Of a stretch of DNA of 64,000 nt, positions 46,636 to 61,199 are shown in pieces. Both the position numbers and the translations under genes were made by a program. The notes below the pieces were generated by a model. That model ran no database searches. It saw only the letters and a program-made list of their open reading frames with translations, and was not told the origin of the DNA. This stretch comes from Hypanus sabinus (Eukaryota): the NCBI RefSeq assembly GCF_030144855.1, contig NC_082708.1:59582001-59646000 (forward strand), written 5' to 3'. Positions within the stretch are counted from its first letter, which is position 1. Each line of letters begins with the position of its first letter.

Positions 46636-48742
46636 GTAACTTATTTGTAGTTTATTTTCAGAGAAATTGAAATTTTACTTTGTCACTCCTAGTGTTATTT
46701 TGCTCGATAATAGGTCTGAGTATTTTTTAGAATCAGAATCAGGTTTAATATCATCGGCTTATGTCATGAAATTTGTTAACTTTACAGCAGCAGTACAATG
46801 AAATATTTAATGTAGCTCAGTTTGTTTTTGTCTATATTTATTTGTGTGTGTGTATATATAAAACAGTTTAAAAAAAGTAGTGCAAATTTTTTTTGAGACA
46901 GTGGCAATTCCTTTCTAATATTTGTGCCTCCAAAGAAGCTAATAACATTGATCTAGAGCTATCAAATAAGAACTAAAATTTGATCCTGCCATTACATCAT
47001 TATAAACAAGAATTCACATTTAATAAGCTTTTGGAATGACAAGGACAATGAACCTTAAAATCATAAATGGATTGAACTCGATTTAAAAAGCAATGGAATT
47101 AGATTCATTAATGACTTTCCTAAAACAATTAGGTAGCAAGGAAAAAAGATTTGTGGGTTTGATACAAGAGAGGAAGTGTGAAAGTAAGTGGCTTGCTCAA
47201 AAGTGAGGAAGATTTGATGATCCAAATGGCTTCCTGCATTATTGAACTATTTTAGACTGTCTTGAGCATTACAAGCACTTTACTGCTATGATTCAATCTT
47301 TAATTCAATCAGAAAAGATAGCTGCTCTCTTGAAGACGTAAAAAAATTAGTATCTACCATACCAACGCCATTGTATTCCAAATACTTTCAATTCTCAGTT
47401 ACAGCAGGAAAATAGGGACACTGTCCATTCCTTTTAATCCTGGTGTGGACCACTCATCAGGTCACTTCAGTGAATAGTAAAATACATAGGAAGCGAAAGA
47501 CAGTATCGAAAACATACAGCAGGGCAGGCAGCTAACAGGGAATAAGAATGAGTTAATATTTTAGATTGATTACCTGCAAGCAAAACTTTCTAGCCCATGG
47601 TATCTAACTGAAGTGCTAACTTTATTCTTTCTGTGCACATGCATTTTCAGTGTTTGCGCTAATGTAGAAAGACCAAGGTGCATGTGTGCAGGCAAGGTTC
47701 TTCAGGTCATCCTACAGAGTCGTGGAGCACCACAGCAGGAAAATAGACCATTTGCCCCTTCCAGTCCGTGCCAAACTGTCAATTCTGCCTCGTCCCATTG
47801 ACCTGCACCTGGACCGTAGCATCCATTTCCCTTCCACTCGTGCACTTATCCAAATGACTCTTAAACGCTCTACTGAACCTGCATCCATCACTTCTGCTGG
47901 AAGATCATTCCACACGCACACCCCCGAGTGAAGTTCCCCCTCATGTTCCCCTTTCGTGTCTAGTTCTAGTCTCACCTGACCTCTGGAAAAAGCTTGCTAT
48001 GGAAACTAAAACTACTTTGTTAAGGATTAGTTTTGTTTGTCACACGTACATTGAAACAGGTAGTGAAATGTGTTGTTTGCATCAACGACCAATGCAGTTG
48101 AGATGTGCTGAAGGTTGAGTGTAAATCGTTGAGTATCTGGCACCAACATAGCATCCCCAAAACTCACTAACCCTAACTTGTATGTCTCTGGAATGTGGGA
48201 AGAAATTGGAGCACACAGAGGAAACTCCTTACAGACAGCGATGGGAATTGAACCCCTATCATACAGCTGGCATTTTAATAGTGTTATGCTAACTGCTACA
48301 CTACCAGGCCACACTTGCAGTATTGATGTAATCTGTTCAATATGTAATAGCATTTAATTATATTAATACATGGACTTTAGCTATGTTTTTCTACATTAAG
48401 TAGATTTCTGTACAAGGTAATAATTAGATGTTATCGACATTCTGCTTCCATTGTTCGTAATCCCTTCAGCAACCTTTAATGTGAAATGAATGTAGACTAA
48501 TAGAAGTAAATATACCCCACATTATAAATTGTAGAAAATAACTTCTAGAACGTGATTGGTATATCTATAGGTTTCTTATTTTATTTTCCATATGTAAAGT
48601 AAATCTCTTATAATTGATGTTTTAATGTTCTTTGTGCTATAATTTTGATAAGAACATTAAGTATACATTTTAAATTACTCTTCAGAAAACTACCTTTTTT
48701 AAAATAAGAAGTGTGTAATTGTAACATTTTTATTCATGCCAG

Positions 48743-48803
48743 ATTCAACAATGGGTGGATGATCAAGATCGGGAGAGGATTAGATTACTTTAAAAAAACA
48801 AAG
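48743..48803 (+). CDS. MITD1: MITD1 coding exon 6
   Basis: [20 protein letters not shown]. Confidence 0.96.
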
Positions 48804-50469
48804 GTTTGTTTCTTGAAGGAAGGCTGACCATTAAAAGAACACAATTTCTGACTAAACTGAATGCTCATATTTCTACATATTTTGGGTCAGGTATTTTTGC
48901 AGAAATTTACCATCCTTCAAAATTTGACTTTTTGCTGACGGCCTGATTTTCTTTTACTGCCTTTAGCAGAACTAGTGGTTGAGAAAGTGGTTGAGTGATT
49001 GAGAAATGGAACTTAATGTCAACTCTGATTTCAAAACCAGGTTTATCAAAAGGAGTTGTAGCTCGTACTGTAGAACTTATTTGGCCTGCAGTCCCAGATT
49101 TTCATTTTGCATGCATGTATTCAAGGAGCTACTGTTCTGTATTAACACTGTATTATTTGAGAAGAGATAACTACATTTACAAGAGAGTATTGTTTTGGAT
49201 GAGACTTTATTCACAATGAGACTGGGGTACGAGTCCAAACAGAGAGGTTATCAGAAATGGGGATGATGTAGACAGACTGGCAGGATCATGCTGATGGTTA
49301 GCCAACAGGAGTGTAGAATACCAGCAAATAACTATCAGTGGGGGCACTGGGAACACAACCCTTAGATTCTCATGTCTGCTCTGCACTAGTAACCACATTA
49401 CCTCAAATCATGGGGCTAGCATGGGGAAGACCAACTCAAAGGTTGGGTTAAGCATGATCCAGTCTGATGAATCACATTGGAGTTTTGAATTCTGATCAAA
49501 GCACCAATGATACCGGGGCAGATTTACCCTGAACAGATAACACATAATAGAAATGGAATGGACACTGCAGGGAAAGATAAGCTAATTAATATACAAATAT
49601 CAGATAATACAGAACATGTTCAGCTTGTGCACAAGATTGTCCGCTGTTGAACTGAACAAACTTCTATTCTTCTATCCCATTTTCCCCGTGATGCCGTAGG
49701 GTTAAATTATATCTTTTATTTCAGCAAGAAAGCAGACTTCGTGGAAAGCAACTCTGCTTTCTCTGCATAGTGAAGTTCTTCTTTCTAATTCCTCGTGATA
49801 TGATTAGTTGACTTGTATCTCATGATTAACTGGGAGAAACCTTGCTTTCCAGTTGTACCTTGATGCTGGTTATGAACAAGACATTAAAGGAGGCAGATCA
49901 GGTAATGGTCAGAAGCATTTAGAAAGGGAAATAAGAAATAAATCTATCAGAATTATCAAGAGGCACACCTGAAAGGTGAGGATCTCTGGCAGCATGAAAG
50001 AATATAACTACTTCATACTTTATTTATAAAATGTTTTATTTCTAAATTAATTATCATGTATTTCAAAGCTTTTTAGGCATAGAACAAACATTTAAAAATT
50101 AAACAATCTCTTTCACCATTATCTTTATTGTTGAAAAATATTTAGTATGTCTCATATCTCACTGGCATTTGAGTGTGACAAATATATTTTACAGTAACTG
50201 CCTTTTTTTAATCCAGTTAACCTTAAGATCAGTTACTTACATCCTATTACTTTCATGGCTTAATTTAAACAAATTCATTTTGAAACATTTTTCTCATTAA
50301 TTTTGCTGGTGGTTGATACAAATTTGGTTCCAATGAAGTTACCATCTGATTGCAAATTAAGTCACTTCCTTATGGGTTGACTGACTCGGTGCCAATAACA
50401 ATATTCCATTCCAATGTGAAGCTCTGTTTACATATTAAGTGGAGAATTAATAGGCAACATAAGTAAAAT

Positions 50470-51495
50470 ATAAACTGCTAGAAGTCAGCAGGTTTGACTG
50501 TATCTGTGAAGGCAAAAGAGCGGTTGATAACTTGGGTCAAGACCCTCTATCAGGACTGAGTGTAGAGGGAAGAGAGCCGGTGTATAGAAGTAAAAAGGAG
50601 GGGTAAGGCAAAGGGTGGGAGGTGACAAATAAAATCAGATTTCAGGGCCGGGGGTGATGGGGAGAGAGAGCCAAGAGAGGGATTGGGGATTGTTGAAACA
50701 GAGGCTGGTAGGTGATAGGTGGAACTAGATAATAGAGGGATGATGGATAAACAGAACCAGATGCTTAAGGGGAAAGGAAAGGTTGAGGTAGAGGGACAGC
50801 CCAATAGTTTGAACATTTAATTTAACAAATTCCCTGTGCTCTTTATGCAGCCACCAATCCACCTACAGTAGAGTTTATCCCCACCACCACCACCATCTCC
50901 ACCCTTATTACCAAGATTAATCACTCTCTCCACCTGCTCATCATCCACAAACCTCTATGGGTTTCTTCTTCCTTGGTTCAACTTTTCCTGTCATTCATCC
51001 TCTTTCCCCCCCCAAACCCCAGCCCACTCAGTCTGGTGCCATCTGCTCATACCTCCCTTATCTGCTTCCACTTACTACCTCTAGCCTCTACTCTTTCCCC
51101 CCCTCACCTGGCTACCTCTCTTTAAGATTGTCTTCCTTTACTTATGTTTCTGGTTATCGCCTACCTGCCCCCATCTCTACTCTTTTCTCCCTCATCTGGC
51201 TCCACCTTCTTAAAATGTTCTTCATTTTCTTTATGTTTCCACTCATCACCTAGCAGCCTCTTGTTGTTACACAGCCCATCATCCACCCCACCCCCCCCAC
51301 ATTTGGTTCCATCTATCATCTACTAATCTGTTCCACCCTTCCTCAATTCTATATATAGGCTTTCTTCCCTCTACATTCTGTCTTGACCTAAAACATGAAA
51401 CATTCCTTTGTCTCCACAGATGCTGCTGATCTGCTGAGTTCTTCCAGCAATTTATCATTTTTTGCTCCAGATTCCATCATTTGCAGCCGCTCATG
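50470..51495. mobile_element. Two oppositely oriented Penelope 3'/pLTR remnants
   Basis: Minus-strand pLTR with decayed CTGATAGAGGGTCTTGACCC at about 50535-50557, purine- and pyrimidine-rich tracts, and a plus-strand pLTR ACAGATGCTGCTGATCTGCTGAGTT at about 51417. Confidence 0.55.
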
Positions 51496-52337
51496 TCTTC
51501 CAATAACCTGTATCTTATTTCCATACGACATGGGAGCAGAATTGGGTCATTTGACCCATCGAGTCTGCTCCACCATTCAATCGTGGCCCCACCTCCTCAG
51601 TCTCATTCCCCATAACCTTTGATGCCATGTCCAATCAAGAACCTATCAATCTCTGCCTTAAATATGACCTGGCCACAGCCGCCTGTGGTAACAAATTTCA
51701 AAGTAGGTTGAAAAGGCAGTACTTAGTTTTTTCATGAAAGATATGAAGTAATAATGCAAAGTACATACAATCCAACAAAGGTGAAATTAAACAATATCCC
51801 CTGTACATCCAAGACATGACTTCTGGCAGACACATCTTCCAGTATTTAGAGATATATGTGAATCAAAGATTTCCCAATACAGAATATCAGCTATTTTCCT
51901 GGATACTCAGTATACAAATTATATCTTATATTTGATTTTGTGTAACCAACTTTTACCCAAGGGTATGTTAATTATTATTTTTTAATCCAAAATAATTGTT
52001 TCTGCAAACCTTGAGTGGAGAATCATCAACCATCCTAAACTAGTTTTATTTGGTGTATTTAGCTGAATCATTTGAGCAACCTGACTCATCAAGTGCATAA
52101 AGGAGAAATTAGTGAGAGCATAAATGATAAATGGAGAAAAGAATAGCAAAGAAGAGGGGGAGAAAATGGAAAAATAACCATCAGCAATCTGACAGCCACC
52201 AAATTGGTGATTGAGACAATTTGGTCAATTTATCACACAACTGTCTCTTTAAATCAAAAGTACTAAAAATGGTGAGATTTAATTTTATTTTAAGCTAACA
52301 AATAATTTTAAAGATAATTTTCATGTTTTGTCTCCAG

Positions 52338-52433
52338 GGCCGATTTTCCATTGGTTACTGTGATTTTGACCTGAGACACTGTCATGAAACTACAGTCGAC
52401 ATTTTCCATATCAAGCATACAAAGAATTCATAA
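52338..52433 (+). CDS. MITD1: MITD1 final coding exon
   Basis: [31 protein letters not shown]-stop. AATAAA at 52570. Confidence 0.96.
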   Translation, partial: GRFSIGYCDFDLRHCHETTVDIFHIKHTKNS

Positions 52434-53325
52434 TGAGAAGAAACGACTATTCTGATAATTTTATTACCATTATGTTTGAAAGTTATGTTGAAAAGATTTA
52501 AATATTTTGTAATTATTAAGTTACTATCACTTGAATACTTGGCACACTAAAGAAGTGATTTCTTATGACAATAAACTGAAGATACTGAATATAACAATTT
52601 TTCAGTTTTTGTTTCGAACATTTAATAGTTTAGTTTACATCTGATAACAGTTTTGTCTTACAGCTCCATGTTAATGTTTGGCTACTATACACACATACTT
52701 CGTGCACAAGCAGTAAGGTAAAGAATGAGCAATTTTAATAAGGTCGATTACAACAATGCTGGAAATTGATCACATGCTGTTCCAAAAGCATTACTTTCAT
52801 TTGATATACATTCTCAGGTCAGCTTTACACAGCTTGTACAATACAAAAATATTAAATGCATATTCATATTTAATCTGCAAACATGCAGTAATTTAACAAA
52901 AGTGGTAATAATGACCACAAATCATAGTTAAAGAAAAATGGCAGGTCTTCAGAAGGCTCTCAATTGGCCTGTATTTTTCTTGTTCAACTAAGACTTTGTT
53001 AGATAGTTTAATTTTTCAAGTCTCCATTTGTAATAGCAACAAGTAAACACCATTATACTTATTTTAAAATTTTCATTGAGGAAGAAGAGCATGAAAGAAA
53101 ATAATTTTACTGTGGATTCTTTTGACTTTCAAGAGTCAATTTGATACTAGAGTCATTACCGTTAGCTATTAAAAACATCTTTAACCACAGAGGATTGGTT
53201 CATACCTCAATGTAGATGCGCAAATATGAAGGTAAATCATTTAAAATATGCGGAGAAAATAAATGTTCATGATTTTCCAAGTGGCCATTAACTTACATCT
53301 TGTACGTACACAAGCATTGATCCAG

Positions 53326-53878
53326 CAGGGGTGGTGAACCTATGGCACTCATGCCCATGGGGGCACGTGCAAAAATTTTGTTGAAACGCAATAAACAGTG
53401 CCACCTCTTGATTCTTTAAACCCCGTCCACAATAATAAAAAATACGTACAATTTTTCTTTACTTCCAAATGAGGCAGTGAATGCTCTTTTTTTTAACAAC
53501 CCCAGTGTAGCGCAACATTTTCACAGGAAACATCTCACCAGCTTGGCACCAGCTAAGCAGTTGTGAAAACATGTGATATTGGATGATACGTTTTGAAATT
53601 CTCACAGACCTGGTGTAGACATTTGTGCTTGGATAGTAAACAGTTACAGTAACAATACTACAGTACTTAGAAATGTTACTTCACAATTGTCTTTAAAAGA
53701 TTAATAATTTTTTAACTTGTTTTCTAAAGTGGTTCATTTATTTCAATCTATCTCTGTTATACTTTTATTAATAGTAAAACACTGAATACACATAAATAAA
53801 CAACAGGACTCATGAATACACATTAATAAACAACAGTGCTCAATTTGAGCACGATCTTGAAAAGGTTCACCACCCCGG
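53326..53878. mobile_element. hAT (Charlie-like) MITE, 553 bp
   Basis: 16-bp TIR CAGGGGTGGTGAACCT (15/16). The 8-bp flanks match only 4/8, so the TSD is not confirmed. Confidence 0.7.
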
Positions 53879-56578
53879 CACTACAGAATAGTTTCAACAA
53901 CTGTTGAAAATTTTTAAAGATTTGTTTTTTTAAATAGTAAGATGCTCGAATGCCACGCAATCTTTCAGGCACTGGTTAAATTTGATTCAAAAATGGCAAT
54001 GCTTTAGCAATGTTTAAGTTATTCTACTTGAAGCAAAAAGTATTGCAACAGTTAGGAGCAACTCACCAGAACTTCAAATTCTCAGCAGCATTCCCATAAC
54101 AAGAAGTCCCTTAACCATATTATTGGAGCTAGATATACAGTAGATATTGGACAGAATACGCAACGGCATTTGTCACCAAACAAGAAACAAATTCTCCATG
54201 CAGGAAAACCTCTTAGCCACTTCCACAAATGGAGAAAAAGCAGACAGCCCAGTGGTAGGCCCACTCCAAAGCACAACAATGAAGATCAGCCCGTCTATAT
54301 AGAGCAATTCATAACAAAAACGTAACATTTTAATCTATCAACTGTATCTTCAATTTTAATGAGGCCCATTAAATGAGTTGGACTACCACTGAATGCTTCA
54401 AGTAAATTACATCTGATGTATTATTTTACTTCTTTAGTTTGCCATAAGAACTTCATCATAAGGAACATTTGCCCATGTCTTTCACAAACGTACTTTTCAA
54501 TTGAGCAATTATAACATGTAAAAATGTCATGATTTGTTGAACTGGTTTTCAACCTTAAGACTGTTTAATATTTCTTAATTGATAATCTTACTTTTTTGGA
54601 ACACTCAAATATGAAATAATATACTTATGTTATATTACAGCATTAATTCCAATTTCTACTTCATTTTCATAATAATTGAACAAAATATCTGATCTTTTCC
54701 AAATATTAGGATCATATATACATAGAGCTTGGAAACAATTCTTTCAATTCACTGAGTGCACGCTGACTGCAAACTCCCCTGAATCACTAATGCTAAATTG
54801 TTCCTTTTTCCTTCTCATCAATTTCCCTAGAGTTCTACCGCTCACCTATACACAAGGGGCAGCCTGGGGAAGCCCACCCCATCACAGGCGGAATGTGCAA
54901 ACTTCACACAGAGAGCACCAGATGTCACTGGAACTAGGAGGCAGTAGCTCTACCATCGACACCACAGTGATGTCCTCATTAAAAGTTATATCTGTTATAT
55001 TGCCCTAATTTTTTTCAGTTTGCTGAAAGAATTCCCACATGAGCAACATTTATACACACACACACCTGTTCTTTATGGGTTTAGTTCCAAGTATACAAAT
55101 ATACACACTTCATGCAAAAGTTCACAAAATAATCTAATTTTATCTGAATTTATTAGATTAACTGACAGTCTCTATTCGCCCATTCTTGTCTGACTGCTGT
55201 CCTTTCAGTTCCTATTGTACATCTCTGTCATCCTTGCCTGCTTATGATCTCTTCCCTGTTGCTTAATGACTTGTTCACCTCCTGGAAAAAAACACTCTGT
55301 CAACTGTTCTCTTTGTAGTTTTAGATATTACTTCTGTAACTTGTTAGCTTTGCAATATAGTTTAGCCTTTCTTCATTAAATCTGGCTTGATTACATTAAT
55401 TTCTTTCCACAGTCAAATCCTCCCCGTATTTCAGAATTGCGTTCTACAACAAACCTTTCCATCTCAAAGAACAAATGGATGACAACTTCAATAATGCACA
55501 GCTGCTTTTGCCATCATTTATCCCAATTAGCTCCACACTTACTCTGCAGTACCACTTCCGCATTTTTAACTCCACTCACTGAAAGGCAACTTTGAATACT
55601 TTTGGGACTCCTCAAGTTAATTTACAATTTTTCAGGCCACCTCACCAACATTCTTGATGATCTTCTTTGCTGAAGCACCATGCCTATTACTTTAAAAACT
55701 GCTATTTTCAACCTCTAGCATAAAAAAAACTTAACAGTCTCTACTTATTTTTCCAGGAAAATTATATTTTGCCTTTTCATAAGCCAGTACTAATGTTTGT
55801 TGCCATTGTTAATGGAAGTTACTTCCAACTTATGATCAGAAATAATAATTTGTTTCATTGCATTTTCTCAAACAGGATCTCATCCCTTATTTCCAGGAAA
55901 TCTCAACTGCTACTTCTATGTTCTTATTACAAGTCCAGTATCCATCTAAATCTGCATAGACCATATTTCTTGTAGCAGTTACTACAACTTATCAGGAATG
56001 TCTAATCACATAATATTTTGTAGTTATAAAATAATTTTATAAAATATATCATGACACTAGAATCAAGTGTTCAATCAGTAAATATCTGGTAAGTTATCCT
56101 GTTTCTATTTTCTTTGATATCTATACAATATCTGAATCATGGATGTTAAGAAATATATTCATTTATTCATCACAAATTGTGAAAACTTCTTTATAAAAAA
56201 TCTTGTGATTTTTTTTTGCAACCCTTCGGCTGAAGCATGATACATAGGCCAAAATGATGGGTGATAGTTCTTTTATAAGTTAAACAATTGCAGTGTCATT
56301 AGAAGTATTTTTTCAAAGCTATACATTTCATTTCAAAATTATTTATACAATACCTCAGTAATTGTAAAAGCTGGGGTAAAAATAAATTGTTGGAATTTGC
56401 CAATATCATCACAAAATAAACTATCACATAGATTACATTGGTGAGCTCTTATTACTCAGGTTTAGTAAATGCAGCAATTTAACTTAAAGTGCCATATAGT
56501 TTAGGACAAAAATAATTTAAGGCTTTTACTGTTACACAGTAATACAAGTACAATTATCAATACTTTAGGAGAAGTTTT

Positions 56579-57361
56579 CTATTTATATCGGACTAGACGA
56601 AGTACCTTGTAATTCATGAAATCAGAGGAATCTGGCTGTAGTGAATCTACATGGAATCCATCACTCATTGCTGTTTTTAGCACTTCCTCCACAAACAACT
56701 GAAAGTTATTAACTTGCTCATTTGTAGGCACAATCCAAAGTCTTTTTAAATGTTGCTTTGTGTATTCATCTTCAGGCAGCACTGCCACATGTCCAACCCA
56801 CTGTAATGTCAAATGGTGTGGATCCTTTATCTCATAGCCAATTGGTAAAAGTTTACCGTTAACAAAGTAACAAAACTTGGAGCTCAAATACTTCAAGAAT
56901 TCAGCTGATGTGCAAAATATGTTGGCATCAAAGACCTCTGTACTACATGAGGTTAGGTTGTACATTTGTGGGGCTGGTTTAACAGTGAAGTACACAGTCT
57001 GCAGTCTCTGGTCCAGAGTAATGTTGAGCATTGCATTCCTTTCCGCCTTGGCAATTTCAGACTCTCTCTCCTGTAAAGCCTCGATTAAAGGCTGGATCTG
57101 GTAAAAGTCAGCTTCTCTCTTCAAAAGCCTAACTTCTTGAAAATCATCTGGGAGGTCGAGGTTTGATGTGCGCAAAAAATTTAGAATATATCGAAATATT
57201 TTCCCATCTCTGTCAATGAAGTAATTACCGTGCTGATCACTAGTTGAGGGCATTTTCCCACTGAACATTACACCCAGCATCGAGTCTGGATATCGTGTTA
57301 AAGTTGCCAGAGAACTGGTATACAATTTTCCTCCTACATTTAATGTTATAGGCTCAGACAT
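56579..57361 (-). CDS. KCTD21: BTB/POZ domain-containing protein KCTD21 (single coding exon, 260 aa)
   Basis: [49 protein letters not shown] polypyrimidine tract and acceptor at 57398-57397 exclude the upstream ORF extension. Minus-strand AATAAA at 56167-56162. Confidence 0.92.
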   Translation of the reverse strand: MSEPITLNVGGKLYTSSLATLTRYPDSMLGVMFSGKMPSTSDQHGNYFIDRDGKIFRYILNFLRTSNLDLPDDFQEVRLLKREADFYQIQPLIEALQERESEIAKAERNAMLNITLDQRLQTVYFTVKPAPQMYNLTSCSTEVFDANIFCTSAEFLKYLSSKFCYFVNGKLLPIGYEIKDPHHLTLQWVGHVAVLPEDEYTKQHLKRLWIVPTNEQVNNFQLFVEEVLKTAMSDGFHVDSLQPDSSDFMNYKVLRLVRYK

Positions 57362-58339
57362 ATTGAATTGATACTGTAATCTTAATTTCCTATAATCTGT
57401 GTCACAGAAGGAGACAAAAAGAGAAAAAGATTTTATGAAACAGTACTTAATGCAAAGATCAAACATACTCCGCACCACACATAAAGTACTGTTTCTAGCC
57501 TCCATACATTTTTTCCTTTTATGTGAATGCTTTGTTTCTTTATTTTATTGGCAACAACATATAGAATGATTTATTTTCCCAACATAGCTGGAAGGATAAG
57601 AGATCGGTTTTGTTGCAGATACCATCTTACATGGCTGATAATGTTGAACACCTCTTCTAATTTTGCAGAGCATTCTTATATTATGAAATGATTAACTAAA
57701 GGAGGACATTTGGAAAAAGGGAATGCAAGTTTCAATATCGGTAAAGGAGGGAATACATTTTGCCGAAAAGGTTGACATAACTAAGGAAATGTTAGATTGA
57801 ATGTGGTTGGAATTAAAGTTATCTTTATATATTATCAGATTGTGGTAAGGAAATAAGAGAGGAACTCTGTGGTCAGATTACACACAGAGGAATTACTACA
57901 GAGACACGTGATTGCAGATGCTGGAAAATAGAGTAAAATAATAACCACTGTAATAACTCAGCAGAATGAGCAACATTCTTCGAAGTAAAGGTTGCATGGA
58001 GCGTCTCAACCTGAGATGTTAATCAAAATTATTATAGTCAGTTTTAATTATTGATTTGACCACTGGTACAGAATTTAAATAGAGAAAAAGAAGAAAGAGG
58101 AATAGAATTTCAAAAGATGCAAAAGCTTCTACTTTAAGCCAATAAGGTGGCAGGGCTGGGTCTCATTTTGAATTATTGAAAAGATGAGGCTGAATATGAA
58201 ACAAGGAAAATCATTCTCCAAATCATGGTCACTACTTGATCAAAGTCAAAACAGACTAGTTCACAATACTTTTTAAATGGGTGAGCAGCTAACTAGGGCA
58301 TAGTGAAAAAAGAAATTGTCACTAAGTACCGACAATTCT

Positions 58340-58975
58340 CGTCAGTAAATCATCAAGAAGTAATAAAACTGATGAAAGTAGAGTGGTGGATTTGGTGTAT
58401 ATCGATCTTAGTAAGGCATTTAATAAGGTTCCCATGGAAGGCTTATGAGGCGTGGGATCCCTGGAAAGTTGGCAGCATGGATTTGGAATTGGCTAGGCCA
58501 CAGATGCTAGAGGATAGTAGTAGATAGAGTGTATTCTGTCCGGTGGTCCACGACTGACAGTATTCTGTAGGAATCTGTTCTGAAATCCCTGCCCTTTCTG
58601 AGTTTTATAAATGACTTGCTTGAGGAAGTGGAAGGGTGGGTCAGTTAAGTTTGCAGATGACAGAATGGTGGGTGCTATTTTGGATAGTGTAGAATGTTTT
58701 TATGAGTTATAAATGACACTCGGGATGTTAGAGCTGAGCTGAGAAGTGAGATGTGATACACTTTGGAAGGTTGAACTTACAGGCATAACAAAGTTAATGA
58801 CAGGATTCTTAGCAGCATGGAAGAAGCAAGTAGAGGCTGATACATTAGAGACACAGGAGAATCTTAGGCATAGGGATGGAAGGTAAAAAAAGCATTATGG
58901 GCTATGTGGCAGGGAAGGTTAAATTGATCATGGAGTAGGTTAAAAAGTTGGCACAACATCATGGACCATAGGGCC
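58340..58975 (+). mobile_element. CR1 LINE fragment
   Basis: RT relics VYIDLSKAF.KVP and KFADD, plus the CR1 3' end. Confidence 0.7.
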
Positions 58976-58979
58976 ATGT

Positions 58980-60390
58980 TCTCTAATACAAGCAAAATCT
59001 CAATAAACCTCTTCTCCACACTCACAAAGTTTACACAGCTTTCGTATAATGTTGCAACCACACACTTTTTAATTGTGGCTTCAAAATGTTATTCAACTGC
59101 AACACAGCTTACCAAGTTTTATATTCAATATCCTGACTGGTGCAAGCAAGTATTCCATACACCTTCTATACCACCCATGTACTATTGTTGCCACTTTCAG
59201 GGAGCTATATGGACTGCACCCCAACATCCCTTCTAGGAGTCCTGCCATTTACAATGCTGTTACATTTGATCTCCCAAAGTGCATTACTGTACATGTCTAT
59301 GTTAAATTCCATCTGCCATTTTCCTGCCAACATTTCCAACTGGTGCCAAATCGTTTGGCAAGCTTCCTCACTATCCACAATTCTATGAATTTCTGTGTCA
59401 TCTGCAAACTCACTACATAGACCACCTACATATTTGTCCAGATAATTTACATACTTCACAAATATCAAAAGTCGAAACACCCCTCAATGTCATAGCCCTC
59501 CAGTCAGAATTGTACTCTCTGCCATGACACTTTGTCTTCTATGAAGAAGCCAACATTGAATCTAATCCACCAAGTTTCCATGAATCCCACATGGCTTAAC
59601 CTCCTGGATCACCTTACCACATTGGAAACTTTACTGAATCCATGCATACAATATCCACCACCCTGGGTCATCATTCATCTTCGTCACCTCCCCAAAAAAA
59701 TTCAATCTAGTTTGTAAGACATGGTGTCTCCATGTTGACTATCCCCAAAAAGTCTATGTTTCTGCAACTGCGAGTAGATTCTGTCCCCAAGAACCTTCTC
59801 CAATAATTCCCCAACCATTGATGCAAAGCCCTCCAGTATAAATTTCCTGGTTTGTCTCTAGTGCTCTTAAATAAAGGAAGAAGATTTAGCTATTCCCCAG
59901 TTGATTGAGACTTCATTTGTGACTAAAGTCACAAAGACCTTTGTTAAGGCCCAGCAATCTCCTCATTGCCTCAATAATCTGGGATAAATTAATCAGCCCC
60001 CATGGACTTACAAGCCACATATGTTCTTCAGGAGCCCCCAATAACTCTTCCTCCTCCTTGAGATCAACCTGCCCTAGAATATCAATATAACCCTCCCCGA
60101 TCTCATTCTCCTCCATGTTCTTCCTCTTGGGGAATACTGACATTTGGTAACTAGCCCACTTACTCTCTCTCGTTACCTTCCTGTTTTCAATGTATCTATA
60201 ATATAGCTTGGGATTCTATTTAATCCAACTTGCCATATACATTTCATGGTCCCTTTTAGAATTCCCGATTCCCTGTTTAATTTCTATTGTTTTTCCTTCG
60301 TGTCCCTTCAAGGCCCTCTCTGGTTTCAGCTTTTTAAATCTTACACGTGCTTCCTGAATTCTCTTCTTGACTAAATTTACATCTCTTTAC
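58980..60390 (-). mobile_element. CR1 LINE fragment (opposite orientation)
   Basis: SEFADDTEI..WQMEFN and upstream CR1 ORF2 relics. Confidence 0.7.
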
Positions 60391-61199
60391 AACAAAGGAT
60401 TATGATTTATTATTTATATTTTTCTGGGATTATATCTGGGAAGTACAAGCAAAGAAAAATAAGGCTACATGCTTCAAAAAAAAGGTTCACGATAAACCTA
60501 AAATCAACTGTATTTCGCAGTTCAATTCTATGTATCTAAAGTCACTTCATGAAATACAACCTTTCTCTCACAGACCTCTTCATTTTTAAAAAAAAAATTA
60601 ACCATTTCTCATGTTCAATAAATTACAAGTGGTACCATTCCATCTTAATAAGAGAAAAAAAACAAACAGTTGTCAATATTCAATAAGAGTCAAAATGTGG
60701 CCTCGAGGCTATACATCTGTTGCAACAAGGTTAAAACAAAAAAAAAACTCAGCTTCTGTGACAACTGTTAATATATTTAGTACATTCATTTATGTTCTTC
60801 TTAAAGGAGGCTTTGATTGATAAGCGGTACTCTAACTTCAAACGACTATCAAATTCTTCCAGTAGACATTCCATAAAGTATCAGGTTAACACAAAGCAGA
60901 AATCTTATTTCCAAAGTTTATTCTGCTGGCCAATGTCATTTCTGCATTTCAGCGGCTAAATATTAAACTAGGTAAACAAATACATGTCAAAACTCAACTT
61001 TAACGCAGCATATACTTTCTAAACAATCAACAGTCGTGACCTCCCAGTGCGCTCTGAATCTGTTTTCGTCTCCACTACTTTAATCGTGAAAGCATAATTT
61101 TCGCTGACAGCGGATATGTTATGTAAAAAAAACCTTTCCGATTGAAACGCACTTAATGCAGAAGATTACGACACTATTCGAAAATGCACTTTTTACTGC

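Noticed and set aside
49727-49762. 10-bp hairpin AGAAAGCAGA...TCTGCTTTCT
   Set aside because: An isolated short stem with no RNA-family hallmarks, expected by chance in 64 kb.
54068-54279. Minus-strand ORF with a nearby GTGAGT, a possible LIPT1 or ALG8 remnant
   Set aside because: No recognisable motif of either protein, and the frames close with stops.
57362-57505. 48-aa N-terminal extension of KCTD21 (MEARNS...) in the ORF track
   Set aside because: It runs through a polypyrimidine tract and splice acceptor (57398-57397). The conserved start is [11 protein letters not shown] at 57361.
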